Assembly: GCA_017934595.1 (NCBI GenBank)
Contig: JAGBJG010000008.1
Span: 723 to 64,722 of the forward strand
DNA length: 64,000 nucleotides
Reading direction: 5' to 3'
DNA from: Bacilli bacterium
GTDB taxonomy: Bacteria; Bacillota_I; Bacilli_A; RF39; UBA660
This document shows, piece by piece, positions 28,758 through 37,355 of the stretch; positions within the stretch are counted from its first letter, which is position 1; each line of letters opens with the position of its first letter. The notes under the pieces are model-generated. The model had not been told where the DNA came from, did not search any database, and saw only the letters and a program-made list of their open reading frames with translations. A program made the position numbers and the translations under genes.

Positions 28758-29212
28758 ATAAAATAGAAATATTTAATACATTAGATAAGGAAATAAAAGA
28801 ATTAACTGAAATAGAAAAATTAATGAATTATGCATGTGATTATATGAAGTTAGATAATGTAACTTTTAATATAATCATAGTAGATAACGAGAAGATTCAT
28901 GAAATAAATAGAGAATATCGTGGTATAGATAGACCTACAGATGTTATATCTTTTGCTTTAGAAGATGAAAAGGACATGCTACTAGATAGTGAAGCAGGTA
29001 GAATACTAGGTGATATTTATATTTCATTAGATAAGTGCATTGAACAAGCTAAAGAGTATGGACATAGTTTTTTAAGGGAATTAGCCTTTTTATCAGTACA
29101 TGGTTTTCTTCATCTACAAGGATATGATCATATGAAAAAAGAAGATGAAGAAGTTATGTTTAAACTACAAGATGAAATATTAGATAGTTATGGAATAAGG
29201 AGAGACGTATGA
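28754..29212 (+). CDS. ybeY: rRNA maturation endoribonuclease YbeY
   Basis: SVHGFLHLQGYDH (the H-x-x-x-H-x-x-x-x-x-H zinc motif). Confidence 0.92.
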   Translation: MNKIEIFNTLDKEIKELTEIEKLMNYACDYMKLDNVTFNIIIVDNEKIHEINREYRGIDRPTDVISFALEDEKDMLLDSEAGRILGDIYISLDKCIEQAKEYGHSFLRELAFLSVHGFLHLQGYDHMKKEDEEVMFKLQDEILDSYGIRRDV

Positions 29213-30096
29213 AGTCAGGTTTAATTGGACTAGTTGGTAGACCTAATGTAGGTAAATCAACATTAGTTAATAGTATTGTTGGTAGAAAAGTAGCTATTGT
29301 ATCTAACAAACCACAAACTACCAGAAATTTAATACAAGGTATTTATAATGATGAAGACTCTCAAATTGTATTAATGGATACTCCTGGTATACATAAACCA
29401 AATCATAAATTAGGTGATTATTTAAATAAGGAAGCTTATTATACTATTGATGATGTTGACGCCGTTATGTTTCTAGTTCCTGCTAATGAAGAGATTGGTG
29501 GGGGAGATAAATTTATTATTGATAAATTAAAAGAAGCAAATAAGCCAGTTATCTTAGTAATAAATAAAATTGATACTATTAAAAAAGAAGATTTATTAAA
29601 TAAGATAGATAGTTATAAAGATCTATATCCATTTAGTGATATAGTACCAGTTTCTGCGTTAAAAAAAGATAATGTAAAAACATTAATTAAAGTACTTAAA
29701 AATTATTTGACTGATAATGTTAAATATTATGATGATGATTATTATACAAATAAAAGTACTAATTTTATGATAGCTGAGATAGTAAGAGAAAAGATAATGA
29801 ATCTTACTCATGAAGAAGTACCACATTCAGTTACTTGTATAGTAGAGAGTGTAGAAAAACATAATAATGCATTTGAAATATCAGTATGCATTATTGTTGA
29901 TAGAGATTCACTTAAGAGAATTATTATAGGTAAAGGTGGATCTATGTTAAAAGAAGTTGGTACTAAAGCTAGAGTAGATATAGAAGAATTATTAGGTACA
30001 AAAGTATTTTTAAATCTATATGTTAAGACGATGAATAAATGGCGTGATAAAATGAATTACTTAAAAGAATTAGGTTTTTATGATATAGATGAATAA
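29209..30096 (+). CDS. era: GTPase Era
   Basis: GRPNVGKSTL, DTPG, NKID and a C-terminal KH domain (IIGKGGSMLKEVG). Confidence 0.95.
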   Translation: MKSGLIGLVGRPNVGKSTLVNSIVGRKVAIVSNKPQTTRNLIQGIYNDEDSQIVLMDTPGIHKPNHKLGDYLNKEAYYTIDDVDAVMFLVPANEEIGGGDKFIIDKLKEANKPVILVINKIDTIKKEDLLNKIDSYKDLYPFSDIVPVSALKKDNVKTLIKVLKNYLTDNVKYYDDDYYTNKSTNFMIAEIVREKIMNLTHEEVPHSVTCIVESVEKHNNAFEISVCIIVDRDSLKRIIIGKGGSMLKEVGTKARVDIEELLGTKVFLNLYVKTMNKWRDKMNYLKELGFYDIDE

Positions 30097-30134
30097 AATA
30101 GATAAAATAATATCATTATATATTAGGTGATATT

Positions 30135-30224
30135 ATGAAAGATTTATTATGGGATTTATTTAAATCTACAGGTAAAATAGAATATTACATGAAATATAAA
30201 GAATTAGAAAAGAAAGGAAAGTAG
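30135..30224 (+). CDS. yqzL: YqzL-like small protein (29 aa; not in ORF track)
   Basis: AGGTGATATT-ATG, translation MKDLLWDLFKSTGKIEYYMKYKELEKKGK. It sits in the era-recO gap, where Bacillus has yqzL. Confidence 0.65.
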   Translation: MKDLLWDLFKSTGKIEYYMKYKELEKKGK

Positions 30225-30225
30225 T

Positions 30226-30951
30226 ATGGTTGAAGCAGTAGAAGGTATAACAGTGTTTGAAAAAGACTATGGTGAGACTAGTAAGATATTAACTATTATT
30301 ACTAAAGAACATGGTACAATTAGTGTTATATCAAAAGGATGCAAAACTACTAAAAGTCCTTTAAGAAGTGTAAGTTCGAAATTAATTCATGGAGTATTTC
30401 ATGTATATTATAAAGAAGGTAAATTATCAACTTTAAAATCAGTAGATGTTATAGATAGATATAAAAATATCTATGCTGATTTAAAAATGATTAGTTATGC
30501 AAGTTTGCTTTTAGAATTATCATCACAAGTAATAAAACAAAATGATGATAGTAATATTTATGATATACTTAATGCAGCTTTAAAAAAAATAGATGAAGGA
30601 TATGATCCTATGATTGTATCTGATATAGTTAGTTTAAAATATTTAGAATACTTAGGTGTTATGCCATCATTGGATGCATGTAGTATATGTGGTTCTAATA
30701 AAAGTATTGCCACATTATCTAGTGATGCAGGTGGATATGTATGTAATAACTGTAGAACAAATGAACCAATTGTATCAGAAAAAGCAATTAAATTAGTTAG
30801 AATGTTTTACTATGTCGATATAGCTAAAATATCTAAATTAGATATATCTGATAATGTTAAATTAGAAATACATAATTTTATAGATAGATATTATGATAGA
30901 TATACAGGAATATATTTTAAAACAAAGAAGTTATTGAAAGTAAGTGAGTAG
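30226..30951 (+). CDS. recO: DNA repair protein RecO
   Basis: 241 aa with an OB-fold N-terminus and the Cys cluster CSICGS...CNNC. Confidence 0.88.
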   Translation: MVEAVEGITVFEKDYGETSKILTIITKEHGTISVISKGCKTTKSPLRSVSSKLIHGVFHVYYKEGKLSTLKSVDVIDRYKNIYADLKMISYASLLLELSSQVIKQNDDSNIYDILNAALKKIDEGYDPMIVSDIVSLKYLEYLGVMPSLDACSICGSNKSIATLSSDAGGYVCNNCRTNEPIVSEKAIKLVRMFYYVDIAKISKLDISDNVKLEIHNFIDRYYDRYTGIYFKTKKLLKVSE

Positions 30952-30952
30952 T

Positions 30953-31387
30953 ATGAATGATTATAAATTTATAATAGTACCAATTTTTACATTAGCATTA
31001 TGTCAAATAATAAAGTTTATTGTTGAATCAATTAAGACTAATAAATTAGATTTTAAAAGATTATTTTCAGGTTCAGGTGGAATGCCAAGTAGTCATACAT
31101 CAATGACTACATCTTTAGCTACTATGATACTATTAAATGGAGATCCTAAAAGTATTGAATTCGCGATTAGTTTAGTTTTACTTTTAATTGTAGCTTATGA
31201 TGGTATGAACGTAAGATTAGAAACAGGTAAACAAGCTAAAACATTAAATAAATTAGTTGATTCAATATTTAAGAAAAATAAATATGATAAATTAAAAGAA
31301 GAAATGGGTCATAAACCTAAAGAAGTATTATTTGGAATAATTTTAGGTATTTTAGTAGCACTATTTTATACATATGTTGTATTATAA
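30953..31387 (+). CDS. Divergent PAP2 / DUF212 (YuiD-like) membrane protein
   Basis: GSGGMPSSHTS motif, four TM helices. Confidence 0.7.
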   Translation: MNDYKFIIVPIFTLALCQIIKFIVESIKTNKLDFKRLFSGSGGMPSSHTSMTTSLATMILLNGDPKSIEFAISLVLLLIVAYDGMNVRLETGKQAKTLNKLVDSIFKKNKYDKLKEEMGHKPKEVLFGIILGILVALFYTYVVL

Positions 31388-31389
31388 TA

Positions 31390-31541
31390 TTGACTTAATA
31401 AATAAAATGAATTAAACTATTGTTATACATGTGATGACGGTGTGGAAAGCCCGAGCAATATACGAATGAGTGTTCTTATAGAATAAGTAAGGTGGGACAG
31501 TCCTTTGGGGCCCTTACAACTATAGGAACATTTTATTTTTT
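31390..31541 (+). promoter_or_regulatory. Promoter plus structured GC-enriched leader with a three-tier terminator hairpin; contains a T-box-antiterminator-like bulged helix (class uncertain)
   Basis: TTGACT (31390) -17- TAAACT (31413). P1 is GTTCTTATAG (31472..31481) paired with CTATAGGAAC (31520..31529). P2 is GTAAGG/CCTTAC. A 7-nt bulge reads TGGGACA. P3 is GTCC-ttt-GGGGC. The run ATTTTATTTTTT follows. AAGGTGGGACAGTCC resembles the T-box core. Confidence 0.5.
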
Positions 31542-31551
31542 GGAGGTTTTT

Positions 31552-32193
31552 ATGGAATATTTGGTAGATAAGGAGAAATCTATCGTAGTAAAAGATACTA
31601 ATAATGAAATTATATTTACTGATATAGATGCTTTAAAGAGTTTTCTACACAAGCTAATTTTGTCAAAACGTATTATTTCAGCCTCAGCTAATTCATATGA
31701 TGATAGTAAAAAAGGAATTAAGCATACAATATATGAGTATTCTACAGAAGATAGCAAGGTTAGATTTACTGAGAATATGAAAAATGCATATCCAGATTTA
31801 TTCATAGAAATAAATACAAAGAAAGTTCAGGATATGTATGCTGCAACTAAGATGGAAATTATGAATGGCAAAAGAGATGTATTTATTGATGTTGCTAAAT
31901 ATAGTGAGAGAAAAAATGTATGTAAAATAGTTGAAGATGATGTATTTAAATATATGTTGTTTACTGATAAATCTGGTAAATTAACAGAACAAGAAATGGC
32001 AAAATTAGATAAATTAGTAGAAACATATATAGATATAAGTGGTATAAATCCTAAATATAGATATCTTACTGATTTAGGAATTATAAAAAGTGAAGGAAGA
32101 AATTTTATTGGTAAAGGTGAGCCAATAGAATATATAGTAAATAGGAAGGTGTTAATGTATGAAAGAAAAAGTAACAATGGAAGAATTAGTTAA
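31552..32193 (+). CDS. Hypothetical soluble protein (213 aa) co-transcribed with and overlapping glyQS
   Basis: ATG 31552 lies behind GGAGGTTTTT. The ORF stays open for 213 codons in an AT-rich genome, and its end overlaps the glyQS start by 35 nt. Confidence 0.6.
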   Translation: MEYLVDKEKSIVVKDTNNEIIFTDIDALKSFLHKLILSKRIISASANSYDDSKKGIKHTIYEYSTEDSKVRFTENMKNAYPDLFIEINTKKVQDMYAATKMEIMNGKRDVFIDVAKYSERKNVCKIVEDDVFKYMLFTDKSGKLTEQEMAKLDKLVETYIDISGINPKYRYLTDLGIIKSEGRNFIGKGEPIEYIVNRKVLMYERKSNNGRIS

Positions 32194-33538
32194 CTACTGT
32201 AAACAATATGGCTTTATATTCCAAGGTAGTGAAATTTATGGAGGACTAGCTAATAGTTGGGATTACGGTCCTTTAGGAAGAGAACTTAAAAATAATATTA
32301 AAAATGCTTGGTGGAAGAAATTTATTGAAGAAGAAATTCATAACTATGGATTAGATTCTGCAATACTTATGAATCCAGAAGTATGGGTTGCGTCAGGTCA
32401 CGTTGCTTCATTCGCAGATCCATTAATCGACTGTAAGAAATGTAAATCAAGAGAAAGAGCAGATAAATTAATTGAAGAATTTACTGGTGGCGCTGAAACT
32501 GGTGATGGATGGGATAATGAAAAATTAGAAAGATTCATTGCAGATAATAAAGTACCATGTCCAAAATGTGGTGCATGTGATTTTACACCAATTAGAAAAT
32601 TCAATTTATTATTTGAAACTCATCAAGGTGTAACTGAAGATAATAAAAGTAAAGTATATCTAAGAGGTGAAACAGCTCAAGGTATATTTGTTAACTTTAA
32701 TAATGTACAAAGAGCCATGAGAGCTAAAGTACCATTTGGTATTGGTCAAATTGGTAAATCATTTAGAAATGAAATTACTCCAGGTAACTTTATCTTTAGA
32801 ACAAGAGAATTTGAACAAATGGAATTAGAATTCTTCTGTAAACCTGATACTGATTTAGAATGGTTTGCTTATTGGAAAAAGTATTGTCTAGATTTCTTAG
32901 AAACAATAGGTTTAACTAAAGAAAACTTAAGATATAGAGATCATTCTAAAGAAGAATTATCATTCTATAGTAAAGCTACTACAGATATTGAATATTTATT
33001 CCCAATGGGTTGGGGTGAATTATGGGGTATAGCAGATCGTACAGATTATGACTTATCAGTTCACATGAATCACTCAACTAAAGATTTAAGATATTTAGAT
33101 CCTGAAACTAATGAAAAATATTTACCATTTGTAATTGAACCATCTGTAGGTGTAGATAGACTTTTCTTAGCTACATTAACAGAGGCTTATACAAAAGAAA
33201 AATTAGAAAATGATGAAAGAGAAGTATTAAAAGTAAAACCTTTCTTGGCGCCTTATAAGGTTGCAGTATTACCATTACTTAAAAAAGTACATGGTGAAAA
33301 AGCTATGGAAGTATATAATATGTTAGCTAAACATTTTATGACAGCTTATGATGAAACTGCATCAATTGGTAAGAGATATAGAAGAGAAGATGCAATTGGT
33401 ACACCTTTCTGTGTTACTATAGATGATGAAACATTAAATAATAATATGGTAACTATAAGAGATAGAGATACTATGGAACAAGTTAATATTAAATTAGATG
33501 ATTTAGTATCTTATATTGAAGAAAGAATTAGTTTATAA
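32159..33538 (+). CDS. glyQS: Glycyl-tRNA synthetase (alpha2 single-chain type)
   Basis: GSEIYGGLANSWDYGPLG, FRNEITPGNFIFRTREFEQMELEFF, GVDRL. Confidence 0.96.
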   Translation: MKEKVTMEELVNYCKQYGFIFQGSEIYGGLANSWDYGPLGRELKNNIKNAWWKKFIEEEIHNYGLDSAILMNPEVWVASGHVASFADPLIDCKKCKSRERADKLIEEFTGGAETGDGWDNEKLERFIADNKVPCPKCGACDFTPIRKFNLLFETHQGVTEDNKSKVYLRGETAQGIFVNFNNVQRAMRAKVPFGIGQIGKSFRNEITPGNFIFRTREFEQMELEFFCKPDTDLEWFAYWKKYCLDFLETIGLTKENLRYRDHSKEELSFYSKATTDIEYLFPMGWGELWGIADRTDYDLSVHMNHSTKDLRYLDPETNEKYLPFVIEPSVGVDRLFLATLTEAYTKEKLENDEREVLKVKPFLAPYKVAVLPLLKKVHGEKAMEVYNMLAKHFMTAYDETASIGKRYRREDAIGTPFCVTIDDETLNNNMVTIRDRDTMEQVNIKLDDLVSYIEERISL

Positions 33539-33539
33539 G

Positions 33540-33568
33540 TTGACTTTAAAATTAAAAACATCTATAAT
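33540..33568 (+). promoter_or_regulatory. Near-consensus sigma-A promoter TTGACT-N17-TATAAT
   Basis: TTGACT at 33540..33545 and TATAAT at 33563..33568, starting 2 nt after the glyQS stop. Confidence 0.65.
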
Positions 33569-33574
33569 GTATAT

Positions 33575-33690
33575 AGATGCAAGAAATGCATAAAATTAAA
33601 AAGAGGAGTATTTGATTGCTACGTCAGATGCTTTACTCGATATAAGTCAAGAAAACACCAGAGCTAGTTGATTCTGGTGTTTTCGTTTGA
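33575..33690 (+). ncRNA. Candidate ~110-nt sRNA (type I antitoxin-like), convergent with the small toxin-like ORF
   Basis: It is driven by the promoter at 33540. It has a 5' hairpin ATGCA/TGCAT and ends at the 12-bp hairpin 33651..33684 followed by a T-rich tail. No convincing ORF is present. Confidence 0.45.
33651..33684. terminator. Bidirectional terminator hairpin shared by the convergent sRNA and the small ORF
   Basis: GAAAACACCAGA-gctagttgat-TCTGGTGTTTTC, a perfect 12-bp stem with U-rich ends in both orientations. Confidence 0.7.
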
Positions 33691-33691
33691 G

Positions 33692-33799
33692 TCACTTACT
33701 ACGATTATTCGTTATAAGTGCGAGTGTATAAAACACTATTACTAGTCCGAAGACTACTAATTCCACGTGGGACCCCCTTCTACGATAATTTCTTATCAT
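33692..33799 (-). CDS. 35-aa hydrophobic peptide, type I toxin-like (not in ORF track)
   Basis: GGAGG, a 9-nt spacer, then ATG (33799). Translation is MIRNYRRRGSHVELVVFGLVIVFYTLALITNNRSK: a basic N-terminus, one TM helix and a polar charged tail. The stop lies 8 nt before the shared terminator. Confidence 0.5.
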   Translation of the reverse strand: MIRNYRRRGSHVELVVFGLVIVFYTLALITNNRSK

Positions 33800-33924
33800 A
33801 AAAGATCACCTCCTAACAAATTAAGAAATATTTCGAAATTGGTTAAGAGTAAAACACCTGAACTATCAAATATCCTCTAGATAATTATATAACATTTGTT
33901 CGTATAAGTAAATGTTTTCAAGCA

Positions 33925-34491
33925 TTATTTTAGTATTTTATCTACAAGGCCATATCCTAAAGCTTCTTCTGCTGATAGATAGTGGTCTCTTTCTGTATCT
34001 AGTTCTATATCTTTAATATCTTTACCAGTATTATTACTTAATATATGATTTAATTTATCTTTTAATTTAAGAATATGGTTAGCTACAATATTAATATCTG
34101 TTGCTTGACCTTCTGCTCCTCCTAGGGGTTGATGTATCATGACTTCACCATTAGGTAAGATATATCTTTTACCTTTAGTACCACTAGATAATAATACTGC
34201 AGCCATAGAAGCAGCCATTCCAATACATATAGTTGATACATCACTTTTGATAAAGTTCATTGTGTCATATATAGCCATACCAGAAGTAATAACTCCACCT
34301 GGAGAATTAATATAAATACTAATATCATCATGATTAAGTGAATCTAAATATAAAAGCATCGCGACAACATTATTAGCTAATGTATCATCAATTTCACCAC
34401 TTAAAATAATAATTCTATCTTTTAATAACCTTGAATATATATCATAAATACGTTCACCATTACTACTTCTTTCAATAATAGTTGGAATCAT
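33925..34491 (-). CDS. clpP: ATP-dependent Clp protease proteolytic subunit
   Basis: [11 protein letters not shown] (active-site Ser), HQPLGG (His); 188 aa. Confidence 0.96.
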   Translation of the reverse strand: MIPTIIERSSNGERIYDIYSRLLKDRIIILSGEIDDTLANNVVAMLLYLDSLNHDDISIYINSPGGVITSGMAIYDTMNFIKSDVSTICIGMAASMAAVLLSSGTKGKRYILPNGEVMIHQPLGGAEGQATDINIVANHILKLKDKLNHILSNNTGKDIKDIELDTERDHYLSAEEALGYGLVDKILK

Positions 34492-34601
34492 ATTTGCCTC
34501 CTAATATATATAATATCGATTATTATAAATAATATGCATTAAAAAGTGTGACAAAATACCATATTTTTGGTAAAATAATTATAAGAGAATAGAGGGATAT
34601 T

Positions 34602-36266
34602 ATGACTCGTATGTTTAAAGTAAATTATAAAGATGAAACATTTGAAGTAGAAGAAGGTACAACTTTAATTGAAATAGCTAAGAAATGTCAAAAATATTAT
34701 AATTATCCTATTATGGTTGCTAAAGTAGATAATGACATCGTTGGCTTAAATTATGAAATTTCTAAAAAATGTGAAGTAGAATTTTTCGATAGATCAAGTT
34801 CATTAGGTAATGATGTATATTCAAATTCTGCATATATGATGATGGTACTTGCTATTAAAAAAGTATTTGGTGATGAAGTTGATGTAGAAATCAATAATTC
34901 AATAGATAATGGTGTATGCTGCGAATTACTTAATCATAAATTAACTAAAGAATTATTATCTGACATTAAAAGTGCGATGGATGAAATTAGAAAAGAAGAT
35001 TTAATTTATACATCTATGAATGTTAGAAGAACTGATGCCATGAAATATTTTAAAAAGATTAAAAAAATGGATAAAGTTAATGTACTTAAGTATATATCTA
35101 ATAGTTATGTCACATTATATAGATTAGATGATCATTATGATTATTTCTTCAGTAAGTTAGCGTATTCTACTAAGGATATAACTGATTATAAATTGTCATA
35201 TATCAATGATACATTATTTATTATTTCAACACCTAGTTTAGAACATCCTGATGAAATATTACCTTATAAAAATGTTCCAAAGATAGTTGAAAAATTTCAA
35301 GAATCTAATGAATTTGGTAAAAAAATAGGTATCAATAATGCAGCTGATTTAAACTATACAGTTTCAATTGGTGAAGTAAAACACGCGATTAGAATGTCTG
35401 AATTACATTATGAAAAAAATCTTATGGATTTAGCTGAAGATATATATTTAAGAAAAGATAGTGTTAAAATAGTTTTACTAGCTGGACCATCTAGTAGTGG
35501 TAAAACAACATCAGCTAAGAAATTGTCATTATATTTAGAAACAAAAGGATTTAATGTAATTACATTATCTACAGATGATTATTTCCTAGATAGAGATGAA
35601 ACACCAAAAGATGCCGATGGCGAATACGATTTCGAAAGTATTCACGCGATAGATTTAAAACTATTTAATAGTCATCTAACTAAGTTACTTAAAGGTGAAA
35701 AAGTTAATATACCTAGATATAACTTTGTAGAAGGTACTAAAGAATTTGAAAAAAATTATATTAAAATGAATGAAAAAGATATTTTAGTTATAGAAGGATT
35801 ACATGCCTTAAATGAAGAATTAACATCTTCTGTACCTAGAAAAAATAAATATAAGATTTTTATCGCGCCATTCACACAATTAAATATTGATAATCATAAT
35901 AGAATACATACTTCTGATACAAGAAGATTAAGAAGAATTATAAGAGATAATAGAACTAGAGGAAGAGGCGCTGCTGATACACTTCGCATGTGGGGTAAAA
36001 TAAGAAGTGGTGAATTCAAATGGATTTATCCATTCCAAAATGATGCTGATGGTATTATTAATTCAGCCCTACCTTATGAATTAGGTGTCTTAAAAACTTA
36101 TGTTGAACCACTTTTATATTCTGTAGATGAAGATGATGAAATGTATCCAGAAGCAATAAGATTAATTAACATATTAAGAAACTTATTACCTATACCTAGT
36201 GATTATATTCCAAGTGACTCTGTTATAAGAGAATTTATAGGTGGTAGTGGTTTCTATGATATATAG
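34602..36266 (+). CDS. TGS-domain plus uridine-kinase/PRK-like P-loop nucleoside kinase family protein
   Basis: The N-terminal TGS-like beta-grasp (VNYKDETFEVEEGTTLIEIA) resembles the ThrRS N-terminus. Also present are LLAGPSSSGKTT (Walker A) and STDDYF. Confidence 0.7.
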   Translation: MTRMFKVNYKDETFEVEEGTTLIEIAKKCQKYYNYPIMVAKVDNDIVGLNYEISKKCEVEFFDRSSSLGNDVYSNSAYMMMVLAIKKVFGDEVDVEINNSIDNGVCCELLNHKLTKELLSDIKSAMDEIRKEDLIYTSMNVRRTDAMKYFKKIKKMDKVNVLKYISNSYVTLYRLDDHYDYFFSKLAYSTKDITDYKLSYINDTLFIISTPSLEHPDEILPYKNVPKIVEKFQESNEFGKKIGINNAADLNYTVSIGEVKHAIRMSELHYEKNLMDLAEDIYLRKDSVKIVLLAGPSSSGKTTSAKKLSLYLETKGFNVITLSTDDYFLDRDETPKDADGEYDFESIHAIDLKLFNSHLTKLLKGEKVNIPRYNFVEGTKEFEKNYIKMNEKDILVIEGLHALNEELTSSVPRKNKYKIFIAPFTQLNIDNHNRIHTSDTRRLRRIIRDNRTRGRGAADTLRMWGKIRSGEFKWIYPFQNDADGIINSALPYELGVLKTYVEPLLYSVDEDDEMYPEAIRLINILRNLLPIPSDYIPSDSVIREFIGGSGFYDI

Positions 36267-36275
36267 GAGGTTTAT

Positions 36276-37280
36276 ATGATAAGAGTAGCAATAAATGGGT
36301 TTGGTAGAATTGGTAGACTAGTATTTAGAATAATGGAAGAAAATCCTAATTTAGAAGTAGTAGCTATAAATGATTTAACTAATGCTGAAGATTTAGCTTA
36401 TTTACTTAAATATGATACTGCTCATAGAAACTATAGAGTAGATGATATTACTAGTGAAGAGGGTTATTTAATCGTAGGTGGTAGAAGAATTAAAGTATAC
36501 GCTGAGACTAATCCAGCTAATCTACCATGGAGAGAATTAGAAATAGATGAAGTATTTGAATGTACAGGAAGATTTACTAATAAAGAAGATGCAATGGCAC
36601 ATATTATGGCAGGAGCTAAAAAAGTAATTATATCTGCTCCAGCTAAAGGTGATGTCAAAACAATAGTAGCTAATGTAAATGATGATATCTTAGATGGTAG
36701 TGAACAAATTATATCAGCTGCGTCTTGTACAACTAACTGTTTAGCTCCAGTACTAAATGTCTTAGAAAAAAACTTTGGTATTAAAAAAGGTTATATGACA
36801 ACTATCCATGCTTATACTAATGATCAATCATTATTAGATTTAAATCATAAAAAAGGATATGCATCAAGAAGGGGACGTGCAGCTGCTGCTAATATCGTTC
36901 CAACTTCTACTGGTGCTGCTGAAGCTATAGGTAAAGTAATACCTAGTTTAAATGGTAAATTCAAAGGTAATGCTATGCGTGTTCCAACTATAACTGGATC
37001 AATGATAGATTTAACATTAGAACTAGTTAAGCCTGCAACTAAAGAAGAAATTAATGCATGTTTTAAAGCTAATCAAAATGAAACAATTAAAGTTACTAAT
37101 GATCCTATTGTATCAAGTGATATTATAGGTTCAGATGTAGGAGCTTTAGTAGACTTACTTTTAACTGATACATTAGAAGATGGTAGTTTAGTTAAAGTAA
37201 TAGCTTGGTATGATAATGAGATGGGCTATAGTCATCAAATGGTTAGAACAGCTTTAAAATTAGGTGAATTTATAAAGTAG
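36276..37280 (+). CDS. gap: Glyceraldehyde-3-phosphate dehydrogenase, type I
   Basis: INGFGRIGR, SCTTNCLAP, WYDNEMGYS. Confidence 0.96.
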   Translation: MIRVAINGFGRIGRLVFRIMEENPNLEVVAINDLTNAEDLAYLLKYDTAHRNYRVDDITSEEGYLIVGGRRIKVYAETNPANLPWRELEIDEVFECTGRFTNKEDAMAHIMAGAKKVIISAPAKGDVKTIVANVNDDILDGSEQIISAASCTTNCLAPVLNVLEKNFGIKKGYMTTIHAYTNDQSLLDLNHKKGYASRRGRAAAANIVPTSTGAAEAIGKVIPSLNGKFKGNAMRVPTITGSMIDLTLELVKPATKEEINACFKANQNETIKVTNDPIVSSDIIGSDVGALVDLLLTDTLEDGSLVKVIAWYDNEMGYSHQMVRTALKLGEFIK

Positions 37281-37355
37281 ATTTTATCTACTTTTTTTCA
37301 TTTATCTATTTATTTCGTATTATTAAAATGCTATAATTTAAGTAGGGTGGTTTTT

